Origin: Aquificota bacterium
Lineage (GTDB): Bacteria; Aquificota; Aquificia; Aquificales; QOAS01
Reading direction: 5' to 3'
Assembly (NCBI GenBank): GCA_013153315.1
Contig: JAADES010000048.1
Location: 812-64,811 of the forward strand
DNA length: 64,000 nucleotides
The translations under genes were made by a program, and so were the position numbers. Each line of letters starts with the position of its first letter. Position 1 is the first letter of the stretch. Of the stretch, positions 1 through 9,588 are shown piece after piece. The notes beneath the pieces were generated by a model that saw nothing but the letters and a program-made list of their open reading frames with translations, did no database searches and was not told where the DNA came from.

Positions 1-97
1 GTTAAAACAATTATAATTTGTCTACACAAAAGTATTGCCAATTATAAATAGAAAACTAAATTTTCTTTATAAGAAAAAACTAAAGGAGGTGGGAGCC

Positions 98-523
98 ATG
101 GCAGAAAAAAAAGAAAACATCAGAGTTGAAGACCAAGTTAGGGCTTTGATAGCTCAAATCGAAAGCATTAGGGCTGAAATAGCTACCTTGGACGCCGCTA
201 TCAACGCCCTAAGGCAAACTGTTGCAACTTTGAGAACCCTTAAGCGTTTGGGTGCCGGTAAAAATGTGCTAATTCCCGTTGGTTCCATAGCCCAAGTAGA
301 AATGAAGATTGAAAACCTCGACAAGGTGGTGGTATCCGTAGGACAAAACATTTCCGCCGAGCTATCCTATGACGAAGCCATCAAATACATCGAGGACGAA
401 ATTGAAAGAATTCTAGCCCTAAGGTTGGTTCTCGAGCAAACCATTGCCGACCTATACACCCAAATTGACCAGCTCATTAGAGGCGTCCAAGGCGGTGAAG
501 AACAAAAAGAGGAAAATAAATAA
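98..523 (+). CDS. prefoldin alpha-subunit-like chaperone (PfdA/GimC-alpha family)
   Basis: Within ORF 35..523. ATG at 98 follows AAGGAGG (83-89). 141 aa with heptad coiled coils at both ends flanking a double beta-hairpin core 'GKNVLIPVGSIAQVEMKIENLDKVVVSVGQNISAELSYDEA', the alpha-class prefoldin layout. Confidence 0.6.
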   Translation: MAEKKENIRVEDQVRALIAQIESIRAEIATLDAAINALRQTVATLRTLKRLGAGKNVLIPVGSIAQVEMKIENLDKVVVSVGQNISAELSYDEAIKYIEDEIERILALRLVLEQTIADLYTQIDQLIRGVQGGEEQKEENK

Positions 524-582
524 TCCCCCTTTTTCCTCTAAATATCCTTCTTTTAAATTTTTCCACCAAAAGGAGGAAAAAT

Positions 583-855
583 ATGCAACCCAACCCCCGT
601 GAGGAAAGTTTAATTCTTCAACTTCAGTTAATAAAAGCCCAGTTGGAACAATTGGAGAAAGTTAAAGAATTCTTAAAAAACCTCTCTCCGGGAAGAAAAA
701 TCTATATAAACCTCGGTGAGGTAATGGTTGAAAGCAACTATCTAGAAGCTATTCAATATTTGGAAGAAAAGGAAAAAGAATTAAAAGCTTTGCTCCTTCA
801 GTTGGAAAGCCAAGTTAGCCAAGCAGGTTTGGGTTTAAACCTGAACCAAAAATAG
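583..855 (+). CDS. prefoldin beta-subunit-like protein
   Basis: 90 aa. GGAGG lies upstream of the ATG. Coiled coil, single beta-hairpin 'GRKIYINLGEVMVESNYLEAIQYLEE', then coiled coil. Sits 60 bp downstream of the alpha-like gene on the same strand. Confidence 0.5.
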   Translation: MQPNPREESLILQLQLIKAQLEQLEKVKEFLKNLSPGRKIYINLGEVMVESNYLEAIQYLEEKEKELKALLLQLESQVSQAGLGLNLNQK

Positions 856-866
856 GAAAATAGAAA

Positions 867-2630
867 TTAAACCTCAAAGCGGTTAACTATTGGCATTCTC
901 CAATCCTTATCGAAAGATACGGGGGTTATTTTAACTCCCAAAGGTGCCTGTTTTCTTTTATACTCCGCCCGACGGAGCATCTGGACAACCTTCCTAACAA
1001 CGGAAGGTTCAAAACCTTTCCTAACAATGTCCTCAACCGAATAACCTTCCTCTATAAGGAGGATTAAAATTTTGTCCAAAACCTCGTAAGGGGGAAGGCT
1101 ATCTTGGTCTTTTTGGTTCGGTCTTAGTTCGGCCGAAGGTGGTTTTGTTAAAATTCTTTCGGGAATAATCTCCCAACCTTTGGTTTGGTTATACCACCGA
1201 GCCAGTTGGTAAACCCAAGTTTTATAAACGTCCTTTAGAGGGGCAAAGCCTCCCGCCATATCTCCGTAGATGGTCGTATAACCAACCGCCGCTTCGCTTT
1301 TGTTGGAGGTGGCCAAAACTACATAGCCCAATTTGTTGGAAAAATAAAACAGCACATTGGCCCTTATGCGGGCTTGGATATTTTCGTCGGCAACATCGAA
1401 GTTCCAGTTTTCGAACATAGAGGAGAATAAGTCTTCAAACCTTTCAAAGAAGGGTTCTATTTCCACCACCTTAAAGGATATACCTAAATTTTTGGCCAAC
1501 CTTTGGGCGTCTTCATAACTTTCGTTGGAGTTAAATTTTGTGGGCATATAAAGGGCTAAAACGTTTTCCCTTCCCAAGGCTTCGGTTGCTATTACCGCCG
1601 TTAGCGCGCTGTCTATACCCCCCGAAAGTCCGAGGATGGCCTTTTTAAAGCCCTGTTTGTGGAAATAGTCTTTTACTCCCCTAACGAGGGCTTTGAAAAT
1701 TTCTTCCTCCCTTTGGAGTTTTTTCCAAGGTATAAACTCCCTTTGGAGCTCTTTATTTATTTCCTTTTGGAGGGTTATTATCTCGGTGGGGAAGTTTTCG
1801 GTCTCGCAAAGGGAAGCCTCTTTTATCCTTTGGTCTCGGCGGCGGCAACGGGTGGTTTCTTCGGTGTCTATGTCTATAACTAAAAGGTCTTCTTCGAAGG
1901 CTTTGGCTACCCCCAAAATTTCCCCTTTGGGGGATACTACAAAACTTTTTCCATCGAAAACCAAGCTGTCTTGACCACCGACCAAATTGACATAGGCGGT
2001 GTAATAAAGCCCGTCGGTAGAGCGGGCGGGAACAAATTCTATTTTTCTCTCAAATTTTCCCACCTCGTAGGGGGAGGCATTTATAACCACCAATAGGTCT
2101 ATTCCTAAGAGGGAATATTCCCTTGCCAGGGTAGGATGCCAAACATCCTCACAAATTAGGAAACCTATTTTTATTTCCTTTTGTTGGTCCTTTAAAGTTA
2201 AAACCAATTTATGGTTTCCTGGTTTGAAATACCTATATTCGTCAAAAACACCGTAGTTGGGAAGGTAATGTTTGTAATATTCCCCTAAAAGTTTACCTTG
2301 GTAGATAACCCCCGAGGTGTTATAAAGGTTTTTATATTCCCCCAACTTGGGATAACCTAAAACAACAACAATATCCTTGTCGGTTGTGAATTCTACAATT
2401 TCCTTTAAAGTTTTTTCGGTTTCTTTTAAAAAATCCAACCTTAGGAGTAGATCCTCGGGACTATACCCGCACAAGGCGAGTTCTGGAAAGATAACAATAT
2501 CTGCCCTTTGTTGGATAGCTTTATTTATGAAATCCTTTATTAGGAGGCTATTTTTAGAAAAATCCCCTACGGTGGGGTTAATTTGAGCTAACGCGAGACG
2601 CATTAAGTTAATGATATTTTTGGAGAACAC
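867..2630 (-). CDS. nadE: glutamine-dependent NAD+ synthetase (N-terminal CN-hydrolase domain plus C-terminal NAD synthetase domain)
   Basis: 587 aa. Nitrilase-like N-terminus ('VIFPELALCGY', 'ICEDVWHP') and PP-loop 'GLSGGIDSA' in the C-terminal half. The true start may be the internal Met at 2603 (MRLALAQINP). Confidence 0.9.
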   Translation of the reverse strand: MFSKNIINLMRLALAQINPTVGDFSKNSLLIKDFINKAIQQRADIVIFPELALCGYSPEDLLLRLDFLKETEKTLKEIVEFTTDKDIVVVLGYPKLGEYKNLYNTSGVIYQGKLLGEYYKHYLPNYGVFDEYRYFKPGNHKLVLTLKDQQKEIKIGFLICEDVWHPTLAREYSLLGIDLLVVINASPYEVGKFERKIEFVPARSTDGLYYTAYVNLVGGQDSLVFDGKSFVVSPKGEILGVAKAFEEDLLVIDIDTEETTRCRRRDQRIKEASLCETENFPTEIITLQKEINKELQREFIPWKKLQREEEIFKALVRGVKDYFHKQGFKKAILGLSGGIDSALTAVIATEALGRENVLALYMPTKFNSNESYEDAQRLAKNLGISFKVVEIEPFFERFEDLFSSMFENWNFDVADENIQARIRANVLFYFSNKLGYVVLATSNKSEAAVGYTTIYGDMAGGFAPLKDVYKTWVYQLARWYNQTKGWEIIPERILTKPPSAELRPNQKDQDSLPPYEVLDKILILLIEEGYSVEDIVRKGFEPSVVRKVVQMLRRAEYKRKQAPLGVKITPVSFDKDWRMPIVNRFEV

Positions 2631-2669
2631 AGAAATTGTGGCTATTTTCGTTTACATTAAAAAATTGCT

Positions 2670-3617
2670 ATGTTGGTAGGTTCCCTATCAAGGTTTATTT
2701 ACCTAACCAAAGAGAGTGAAAAGAAATATGAAAAAATAACCAAACTAAACGAAAGTTTGGCCAGCGGGAAAAGGGTCGACCTTATGGAACAAGACCCGAC
2801 AGGGGTTTACTTTGACCTTTCCCTAAAAAGGGATTTAGAAAAACAAAAGCTATACGATTCCAACCTGCAGGTATCCCAAAGCCACCTTCAGCTAATGGAC
2901 GATACCTTGGGCAAAGTTTACGACCTTCTACTACAAGCAAAAGCCGACCTTATTCAGGCCAACTCTACCGGCGGCCCCGACCCCGAAGCGGTTAAGGCCG
3001 AACTCGACCGTATAAAGTTAGAGATACTTTTTTATGCCCGAACAAAAATAGGAAATTACTACCTATTTTCGGGTAATCTGCCAACCCAAGACCCCTATGC
3101 AAACGCCGAAACTGGAGACTATACCTACACTGGCGGTTCCCAAGACTACAACCTTATAGTGGGTTCTTCCGACAGTGTGCCTACATTCCTAAATGGAGCT
3201 CAAATTTTCGGCGGTGGGCAGGAGCAATATACCACCGTAGACGATATTTTGACAGCCATAGAAAACAACGGTTATAGAACAAAAAGCGTATTCATGGCTT
3301 TAGATGTGGCCGAAAGGGCGGTGGAACTCCAAGATTCCAACGCAATAAACGCCGCTATGGCAAACCTCGAATATTGGATAAACCATATTAACGTTCAGCA
3401 CGCCTACATAGGAACATTGGAGCAAAAGGTTCAAAACTATCAAATGCTCTATGGAAACACCCAAACTAATTTATCCAACCAGGTTAGCCGAATTGAGGAC
3501 ACCCCCTACGACCAATATATAGTTCAATATCAAAATATGACAACAACCTACCAAGTATTACTTTCCGTTTTAGGTAAGGAAGAAAGTCAAACCCCCGCCC
3601 TACTAAAGTATTTCTAA
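2670..3617 (+). CDS. flgL: flagellar hook-associated protein 3 (FlgL, flagellin-like)
   Basis: 315 aa. Flagellin-type N-terminal helix region ('LASGKRVDLMEQDPTG ... LQLMDDTLGKVYDLLLQAKADLIQANS') and C-terminal helix ('IEDTPYDQYIVQYQNMTTTYQVLLSVLGK'). Confidence 0.75.
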   Translation: MLVGSLSRFIYLTKESEKKYEKITKLNESLASGKRVDLMEQDPTGVYFDLSLKRDLEKQKLYDSNLQVSQSHLQLMDDTLGKVYDLLLQAKADLIQANSTGGPDPEAVKAELDRIKLEILFYARTKIGNYYLFSGNLPTQDPYANAETGDYTYTGGSQDYNLIVGSSDSVPTFLNGAQIFGGGQEQYTTVDDILTAIENNGYRTKSVFMALDVAERAVELQDSNAINAAMANLEYWINHINVQHAYIGTLEQKVQNYQMLYGNTQTNLSNQVSRIEDTPYDQYIVQYQNMTTTYQVLLSVLGKEESQTPALLKYF

Positions 3618-3733
3618 AACTTTGTTTTTCTCATTTTTCGGTTTTCCAAAATTTGGATAATTTCTTTTTTTGGATTTTTTTTGTCAACCTTAAACGGAAA
3701 CAGGAAAAAATAACTCTGCAAGGAGCAAAAAAA

Positions 3734-4354
3734 ATGAATTTAACCAGTAAAAGGGAAATACTGAAAAAAATTTACGAGCCGGTAGGGTTATCGTTGGCCT
3801 ATCTAAACATTCCCCCCAATGCCATAACCTTTTTTTCCATAGTGGCGGGGGCTTTGTCGGCTTGGGCTTTTTATACCCACCATGTGCTAACGGGCGCTAC
3901 CCTTTTGGCAATTTCGGGCTTGCTCGATTTGGCCGATGGTATAGTAGCGAGAAAAAACGACCAAGCAACAAAGTTCGGGGCGGTTTTGGATTGGCTGGCG
4001 GATAAATTTATAGACGGCTTGGTTTTGGGGGCTGTGGCGGTGGCCTACGCCAACCCTTGGGTGGCCATAGTTTTGATTACGGTTAATATGCTTCACACTT
4101 TTATTAAGCCCGTAGCCTACGCGGAAATAGGCTTTAGCCAAAGGGAAAAGGGAAAAATATGGGATCCCTTAGAAGGGACGGGTTTTTTCGGAAGACCTGA
4201 AACCCACTTGGCGATAATAATATTCGCAATTCTCGAAAGGTTTATCTGCGGAGCTATGACGGTGGGGGTTTATTTGATAACTTTGCTAACAACCCTTTCG
4301 CTCTTACATAGGGTTTATTACCTTTACCGTCGCTTCGGTAGGGATTTCGATTAA
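3734..4354 (+). CDS. CDP-alcohol phosphatidyltransferase family protein
   Basis: Signature D-G-x2-A-R-x8-G-x3-D-x3-D seen as 'DLADGIVARKNDQATKFGAVLDWLADK', with multiple TM helices. The track ORF starts at a TTG (3653). The ATG at 3734 has AAGGAG upstream. Confidence 0.8.
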   Translation: MNLTSKREILKKIYEPVGLSLAYLNIPPNAITFFSIVAGALSAWAFYTHHVLTGATLLAISGLLDLADGIVARKNDQATKFGAVLDWLADKFIDGLVLGAVAVAYANPWVAIVLITVNMLHTFIKPVAYAEIGFSQREKGKIWDPLEGTGFFGRPETHLAIIIFAILERFICGAMTVGVYLITLLTTLSLLHRVYYLYRRFGRDFD

Positions 4355-4368
4355 ACTTTTGGGGTTGT

Positions 4369-4935
4369 ATGGAAAAAGCCGATAAGAGATTTAAAGCCTA
4401 CAAATTTTTTGCTTTTCTTTACTCCTACCCCGACGATAAAAGCTTTTTTAACCTCCTTGAGGAATTTTATCCTTTTGAAGATAAAACTCCCCTGCGGGAG
4501 CTAAAAAAAATACCCCTCCCCGAGTTGCAGGCCGAATATACCCGCCTCTTTGTAGCCAACTACGGGGGGGTTCCCTGCAAACCTTACCAGAGCGTTTTCG
4601 GCCCCGAAAAGGAACTGTTGGGAGGGCCTGCTTTTGATACCGCAAAATTTTATAACCTTTTTGGGTTGGAAACAGGCAACGAACTCCCCGATAAGGTTTC
4701 CCTCCAGTTGGACTTTATGGCCTTTTTATGGAAACTTTATAACGAAACACCCTACAGGGACGATAAACAAAAGTTAAAATTCCTTATGAGAGAATTTTTT
4801 AACAAACACATTTTGTGGATGGAAAAATTTGCCGATTGTGTTATTAGGTCTACAGATTTTCAACCTTTAAAGGAACTTTCGGAGGAATTTAAAAACTTCC
4901 TACAAGAGGAAAAGAATTTTTGGAAATCCATTTAA
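4369..4935 (+). CDS. TorD/DmsD/NarJ-family redox-enzyme maturation chaperone-like protein
   Basis: 188 aa. 'LQAEYTRLFVANYGGVPCKPYQSVF' and 'PDKVSLQLDFMAFL' match the TorD-family core (Y..LF ... PD.i..eLeFm). Confidence 0.6.
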   Translation: MEKADKRFKAYKFFAFLYSYPDDKSFFNLLEEFYPFEDKTPLRELKKIPLPELQAEYTRLFVANYGGVPCKPYQSVFGPEKELLGGPAFDTAKFYNLFGLETGNELPDKVSLQLDFMAFLWKLYNETPYRDDKQKLKFLMREFFNKHILWMEKFADCVIRSTDFQPLKELSEEFKNFLQEEKNFWKSI

Positions 4936-4994
4936 AGGGAAAAGTTGAAAACAACTTCTGTTGGTTAATTTTTTGTCTTCTAACTGGCAAGGTT

Positions 4995-5984
4995 TTAAAT
5001 AAATTTCTTAGCCATTTCGATAGTTTTTCTAACACTTTCGACCGATTTTCTCCACTGTTCCCTCTCTTGGTTATTTAGGGGAACTTCAAAGATTTTTTCC
5101 CAACCTTCCTTTCCTAACAAGACAGGAATACCAACGCAGAGGTCTTCAACTTCGTAGAAATCATTCTTATCTACATATACCGAACAGGGGTGTATCCTTT
5201 TGGCATCCATAACGATAGCTTCTATCATTTCCACGACCGCCATAGCGGGGGCGTAGTAAGCACTGGTTCCCATTAGGGAAACTATTTCACCGCCTCCGAA
5301 TTTTGTTCTTTCTACGATTTCTTTAATATCCTCTTCGCTTAAAAGGTATTTAAGGGGCACGCCTTTAACATTGGAGCGGGAGATTATTGGAACCATTTCA
5401 TCGCCGTGTCCGCCTATAACGTAGGCGTGAATATCTTTAGGTGAAACTCCCAACTTATAGGAAATAAAGGTTCTGAACCGAGCACTGTCGAGTATTCCTG
5501 CCATTCCCATAACACGGTTGGCGGGAAATCCAAGGAGCTTATAAGCTACATAGGTCATAGTATCCACGGGGTTGGTAACCACTATAACAATCGAGTTGGG
5601 TGCGTATTTTTGGATATTGGGAATTATAGCCTTCAATATTTGAATGTTTTTATCCAGCAGGTCTTCGCGGCTCATTCCGGGACGTCTGGGAAATCCCGCG
5701 GTAATGACGACAATATCCGAACCTTCCAACGCTTCGTAGCCACTTTTACCGTCGGGGGAAACGGTAAAACCTTCAACCTTTGCATCTACTTCAAAAGCCG
5801 CGAGCATCTGCTGGAGGTCTAAAGCTTTCCCCTTAACTGGTTCGAAGATTTTGTCTCCCTCTTTGCGGGGAATATCGAAAAGTCTAACGTCTCCCAAGCC
5901 TTTCAGTAGGGTCAGACTGGCAACATGTTCGCCCACATTTCCCGCACCTATAACCGATATAACTTTTCTACGGGAGTTCCTCAT
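4995..5984 (-). CDS. mdh: malate dehydrogenase (LDH-like MDH family)
   Basis: 329 aa. Rossmann 'VIGAGNVGEH', 'VVITAGFPRRPGMSREDLL', 'IVVTNPVD', and catalytic-His region 'VIGGHGDEMVP'. Confidence 0.85.
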   Translation of the reverse strand: MRNSRRKVISVIGAGNVGEHVASLTLLKGLGDVRLFDIPRKEGDKIFEPVKGKALDLQQMLAAFEVDAKVEGFTVSPDGKSGYEALEGSDIVVITAGFPRRPGMSREDLLDKNIQILKAIIPNIQKYAPNSIVIVVTNPVDTMTYVAYKLLGFPANRVMGMAGILDSARFRTFISYKLGVSPKDIHAYVIGGHGDEMVPIISRSNVKGVPLKYLLSEEDIKEIVERTKFGGGEIVSLMGTSAYYAPAMAVVEMIEAIVMDAKRIHPCSVYVDKNDFYEVEDLCVGIPVLLGKEGWEKIFEVPLNNQEREQWRKSVESVRKTIEMAKKFI

Positions 5985-6081
5985 ATAAAACCTCCTTTTG
6001 GGGTTTTTGTTTTATTATCCGCTAAAGGTTTTAGCTTATTCAAAATACCCTTATTTTGTTGTCAAGTTTGTAAGCGGTAAT

Positions 6082-6654
6082 TTAAAGCTCATTTCGGTTG
6101 CAGAAATTCATTGCAGGTTCTATTCCTTCGGTAATGGCCCTAAGAATGCACTCACCGGCTTTGTGGATTGCCCTCTGAATAATAGGTTTTTGGTCACTAC
6201 TAAAGGGTGATAGAACATAGTTGACCACCTGCTTTTTTTCCTTGGGGCGGCCTATTCCTATCCTTAGACGGTAAAAATTTTTTGTTCCCAACTCTTTTAT
6301 GATGTTTTCAACCCCTTTTTGCCCGGCCGAAGAGCCATTAAAACGGAGTTTGGTCACACCCAATGGAAGGTCTAAATCGTCATGAACAACTAGAAGTTCT
6401 TCCGGCAAAAGATTTAAATCCATAAGGAGGTTTTTAACCGCAACCCCCGAAAGATTCATATAGGTTTGGGGTTTGGCAAAATAAATAGTTTGTCCGTTTA
6501 TGTTCTTTTTAAATAGGTGGGAAAAACAACACTCTTCGAACTTTCTTATTTTCAATCTCCTTGCGAGGTGGTCTATAACCATAAACCCTATGTTGTGTCT
6601 TGTTTCTTTATAGTGCTCTCCAGGGTTTCCTAAACCTACAACCAACCTTATCAT
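6082..6654 (-). CDS. pth: peptidyl-tRNA hydrolase
   Basis: 190 aa. N-terminus 'LVVGLGNPGEHYKETRHNIGF' and 'HDDLDLPLG' are canonical Pth motifs. Confidence 0.9.
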   Translation of the reverse strand: MIRLVVGLGNPGEHYKETRHNIGFMVIDHLARRLKIRKFEECCFSHLFKKNINGQTIYFAKPQTYMNLSGVAVKNLLMDLNLLPEELLVVHDDLDLPLGVTKLRFNGSSAGQKGVENIIKELGTKNFYRLRIGIGRPKEKKQVVNYVLSPFSSDQKPIIQRAIHKAGECILRAITEGIEPAMNFCNRNEL

Positions 6655-6725
6655 GGGTTTTAAACTCTATTCGAAACCCCGAGAAAGGTTTTTCTTAAAA
6701 AGAACTTGGAAAGGAAAGATGTTTT

Positions 6726-7622
6726 TTACTTTAAAAACATCTCTCCCAAATATACCCAAAGGCTTACGGTAATGGGTAGAACAATTAACCCCAAATTAAC
6801 GGCCGCTATAGCAAGGTCGGAATTCAATTTAAATTTTTCACTTAATATTACCGACATTACAAAGGGAGGCATGGAACTCTGCAAAAGAATAACCATTGCT
6901 TGGGTATAGGAAATATCAATAAACCCCTTTAGGAAAACCAATAAACCTAAAACCAAACTAGGGATAAATAACATCCGAATAAAAACACTCCAAAGGGCTA
7001 ATTTCAAATTTTTTAAAATACCTCCGGGGTTGAACCTTAAGCCCAAACTAAAAACTATTACCGGTGTCAGGGAATTTTTTACCACCTCCACAAAATGGAA
7101 AACAAATCCCAGAGGTAGCCCCTTTGTTAGGAAAGCCAATATTAAAGCTCCCAAAGGAGGAAACTTATAAACAGTTTTCCAACTTACCCGCCCGGTGATT
7201 ATAAAAATTGCAAAGGTTACGACGGTTAAGAAATTTCCCAACACATCATAAAGAATGGCGTAAGCTAAACCCTTATCCCCAAAAAGGAAGTAGGCTATCG
7301 GATAACCTGCAAAGGCAGTATTTCCAAAGGTTGCAGTCAAGAAAAAGGTTTTCAAAGTTTTTTTATCCCTTATAAAAGGGGCGAAAATTTTAAAAACCAA
7401 AAGCGTGGTTAAACCTATAGTTATCCAGGCGATGGTAAAAACTAAAATATCCTTCACCTCAAGGGGAAAATCGTGGATAACACCGAAAACAGCGACAGGA
7501 AGGGCAAAATAAACTATGTAATCCACAAAAGATTTCGCATCTTTTTCGGTAAATACTCCTAAGGTTTTTAAGAAAAACCCTCCCAGCATAAGGAAATAGA
7601 AAGTCAAAATAACTTCCCACAT
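6726..7622 (-). CDS. AEC (auxin efflux carrier) family permease
   Basis: About 10 predicted TM helices with typical AEC-like size and layout. The track ORF starts at a TTG (7697) with a basic non-membrane leader. The ATG at 7622 (MWEVILTFYFL) is the more plausible start. Confidence 0.65.
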   Translation of the reverse strand: MWEVILTFYFLMLGGFFLKTLGVFTEKDAKSFVDYIVYFALPVAVFGVIHDFPLEVKDILVFTIAWITIGLTTLLVFKIFAPFIRDKKTLKTFFLTATFGNTAFAGYPIAYFLFGDKGLAYAILYDVLGNFLTVVTFAIFIITGRVSWKTVYKFPPLGALILAFLTKGLPLGFVFHFVEVVKNSLTPVIVFSLGLRFNPGGILKNLKLALWSVFIRMLFIPSLVLGLLVFLKGFIDISYTQAMVILLQSSMPPFVMSVILSEKFKLNSDLAIAAVNLGLIVLPITVSLWVYLGEMFLK

Positions 7623-8114
7623 AGGGGTTTTAGAATGTTCAAAACCTTTTTGCAGGCAATCTCTTGCTGGTGCAGGCCTTCGTTTCAACACCTTCAAAGG
7701 ACAGTATAGACATATTGCACACTTTAATAGAGTCGCAATCCCGCTTTAGCAGGCCTTGTTACAACACGGACTAAAGGAGAAGATTGAACGCCACGACCCC
7801 CGCATTATTAAAAGAGCCAAAGAAAAAAAATCCAACTGAAGGAGTTTCTCTTACTCCTCCCCAAAGGGGGCAAATAATATTTAGTGAAGTTAACAATTAA
7901 CTTAGCCATTTCCCCAACAGTAAGAAAATAGCGGGCATTTCCATTTATTTGGGTGTTTTTTCATCATCAACTTCATTCTTGGATTTTTTTTAAAAGCGAA
8001 GGCACAGCTCAGGCGGGAAAGATGCCCATCTCCTGCCTAAAGACAGGAAGAGTTCCTTGCTTCCCCTTCTCCCGTGCCTGCAAAAGGAAATTTCTACAAT
8101 TAAAATAAAGTGGC

Positions 8115-9551
8115 ATGCCTAAACAGGATTGGGAAGCGGTTATCGGCCTTGAGATACACGTCCAAATGAAAACAAAAACAAAAATGTTCTGTTCCTGCCC
8201 CGTAGAGTTCGGAAAAGAACCTAACACCAATGTCTGCCCCGTATGTTTGGGTATGCCCGGGGCGTTGCCCGTTATAAACAAGCAGGCTGTAGAATACGGT
8301 ATTCGGGCGGGGTTGGCATTAAACGGTAAGGTTCATGAATATTCGGTATTTGCAAGGAAACACTATTTTTATCCCGACCTACCTAAGGGCTATCAAATTT
8401 CCCAATATGAACTTCCTTTGGTAACCGACGGATACCTGGATGTGGAACTCGAAGATGGAACCACCAAAAGGGTTAGAATTAGAAGGCTCCACCTTGAGGA
8501 GGACGCAGGTAAAAATATCCATGAAGGTAAAAAAACTTACGTTGACCTAAACAGGGCGGGAACCCCTCTAATGGAAATTGTTACCGAGCCCGATATATCC
8601 TCCCCCGAAGAGGCTAGGCTTTTCTTGGAGACTTTGAGAAACGTTATGCGTTATATAGGCGTTTCCGACGCCGATATGGAAAAAGGTCAGCTCCGCTGCG
8701 ACATAAATGTTTCCATAAGACCCAAAGGCTCGGACAAATTCGGCACCCGCGTGGAAATAAAAAATGTGAACTCCTTTAGGTTTGTTCAAAAGGCTTTGGA
8801 ATACGAAATAGAACGCCAAATTAAGGTTAAAGAAAAAGGTGGCGAAATAGTCCAAGAAACCCGCACCTTCGACCCCTCCACCGGGAAAACCTACACAATG
8901 AGAACAAAAGAGGAAGCCGAAGATTACCGTTATTTCCCCGACCCCGACCTGCTCCCGCTAAAGGTTTCCAAAGAATGGATTGACCGCGTTAGGGAAACAA
9001 TGCCCGAACTTCCCCACCAAAGGTTGGAAAGGTATCTAAACCTCGGTCTGGACAAAAAAGTAGCCAAACCCTTGGTGGAACACAAAGAATGGGGTGACTA
9101 CTTTGAGGAAGTTTTAAAAATCTATAATGACCCCAAAACAGTGGCCAATTGGATTTTGAACGACCTGCTCGGAAACCTAAGGGACTTCGAGATACCTTGG
9201 GAGGAAAACCCCATAACACCTGAAAAACTCGCCGAGTTGTTAAAACTTATTAAAAACGGAACAATTTCGGTCAAAATAGCAAAACAACTCCTTAAGGAGA
9301 TGATACAAACAAACAAAACGGCCGCCCAATTGGTGGAAGAAAAAGGACTAAAACAGATTACCGATGAGGGAGCTATAAAACAAATCGTTGAGGAAGTTTT
9401 AAAAGAAAACCCCGACGCGGTGGAAAAATATAAAAACGGCCAAACCAAGGTTATAGGTTTCCTTGTTGGACAGGTAATGAGGAAAACTAAAGGAAAAGCA
9501 AACCCTCAGTTGGTTAATAAACTTTTAAGGGAACTTTTAGAGCAAGCTTAA
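8115..9551 (+). CDS. gatB: aspartyl/glutamyl-tRNA(Asn/Gln) amidotransferase subunit B
   Basis: 478 aa. '[23 protein letters not shown]', '[12 protein letters not shown]', 'HLEEDAGK'. No gatA or gatC adjacent. Confidence 0.95.
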   Translation: MPKQDWEAVIGLEIHVQMKTKTKMFCSCPVEFGKEPNTNVCPVCLGMPGALPVINKQAVEYGIRAGLALNGKVHEYSVFARKHYFYPDLPKGYQISQYELPLVTDGYLDVELEDGTTKRVRIRRLHLEEDAGKNIHEGKKTYVDLNRAGTPLMEIVTEPDISSPEEARLFLETLRNVMRYIGVSDADMEKGQLRCDINVSIRPKGSDKFGTRVEIKNVNSFRFVQKALEYEIERQIKVKEKGGEIVQETRTFDPSTGKTYTMRTKEEAEDYRYFPDPDLLPLKVSKEWIDRVRETMPELPHQRLERYLNLGLDKKVAKPLVEHKEWGDYFEEVLKIYNDPKTVANWILNDLLGNLRDFEIPWEENPITPEKLAELLKLIKNGTISVKIAKQLLKEMIQTNKTAAQLVEEKGLKQITDEGAIKQIVEEVLKENPDAVEKYKNGQTKVIGFLVGQVMRKTKGKANPQLVNKLLRELLEQA

Positions 9552-9588
9552 TATTTTGTTTCCTTCCTTTGTTTATTAATCTTCAATA

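Noticed and set aside
3653-3733. N-terminal extensions given by the ORF track (3653, 7697, 27552, 26106, 42235, 34157, 49459, 60395, 31859, 41948)
   Set aside because: These begin at TTG or GTG codons or at upstream Met codons, and they add non-homologous leader residues. Downstream ATG codons with SD sequences align with the conserved family N-termini, so the shorter models were used.
7730-7790. tmRNA-like tag region ('gtcgcaatcccgctttagcagg' resembles the E. coli tmRNA '...CGCUUUAGCAGCUUAA')
   Set aside because: There is no in-frame ...LAA-stop tag, no GGGG 5' acceptor end, and no T-arm with CCA-proximal sequence nearby. The similarity is a short chance match.
7990-8085. RNase P RNA, SRP RNA, or a cobalamin or glutamine riboswitch in the structured element before gatB
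   Set aside because: The element lacks 'GAGGAAAGUCC', the SRP domain IV 'GGAAGCAGCC' region, the B12 box and the glnA-motif 'GGAAGUAG' core. It is kept only as an unclassified structured element.
8009-8281. 90-aa minus-strand ORF spanning the gatB start
   Set aside because: It overlaps the conserved gatB N-terminus in antisense and has no SD or motif. It is a shadow ORF.
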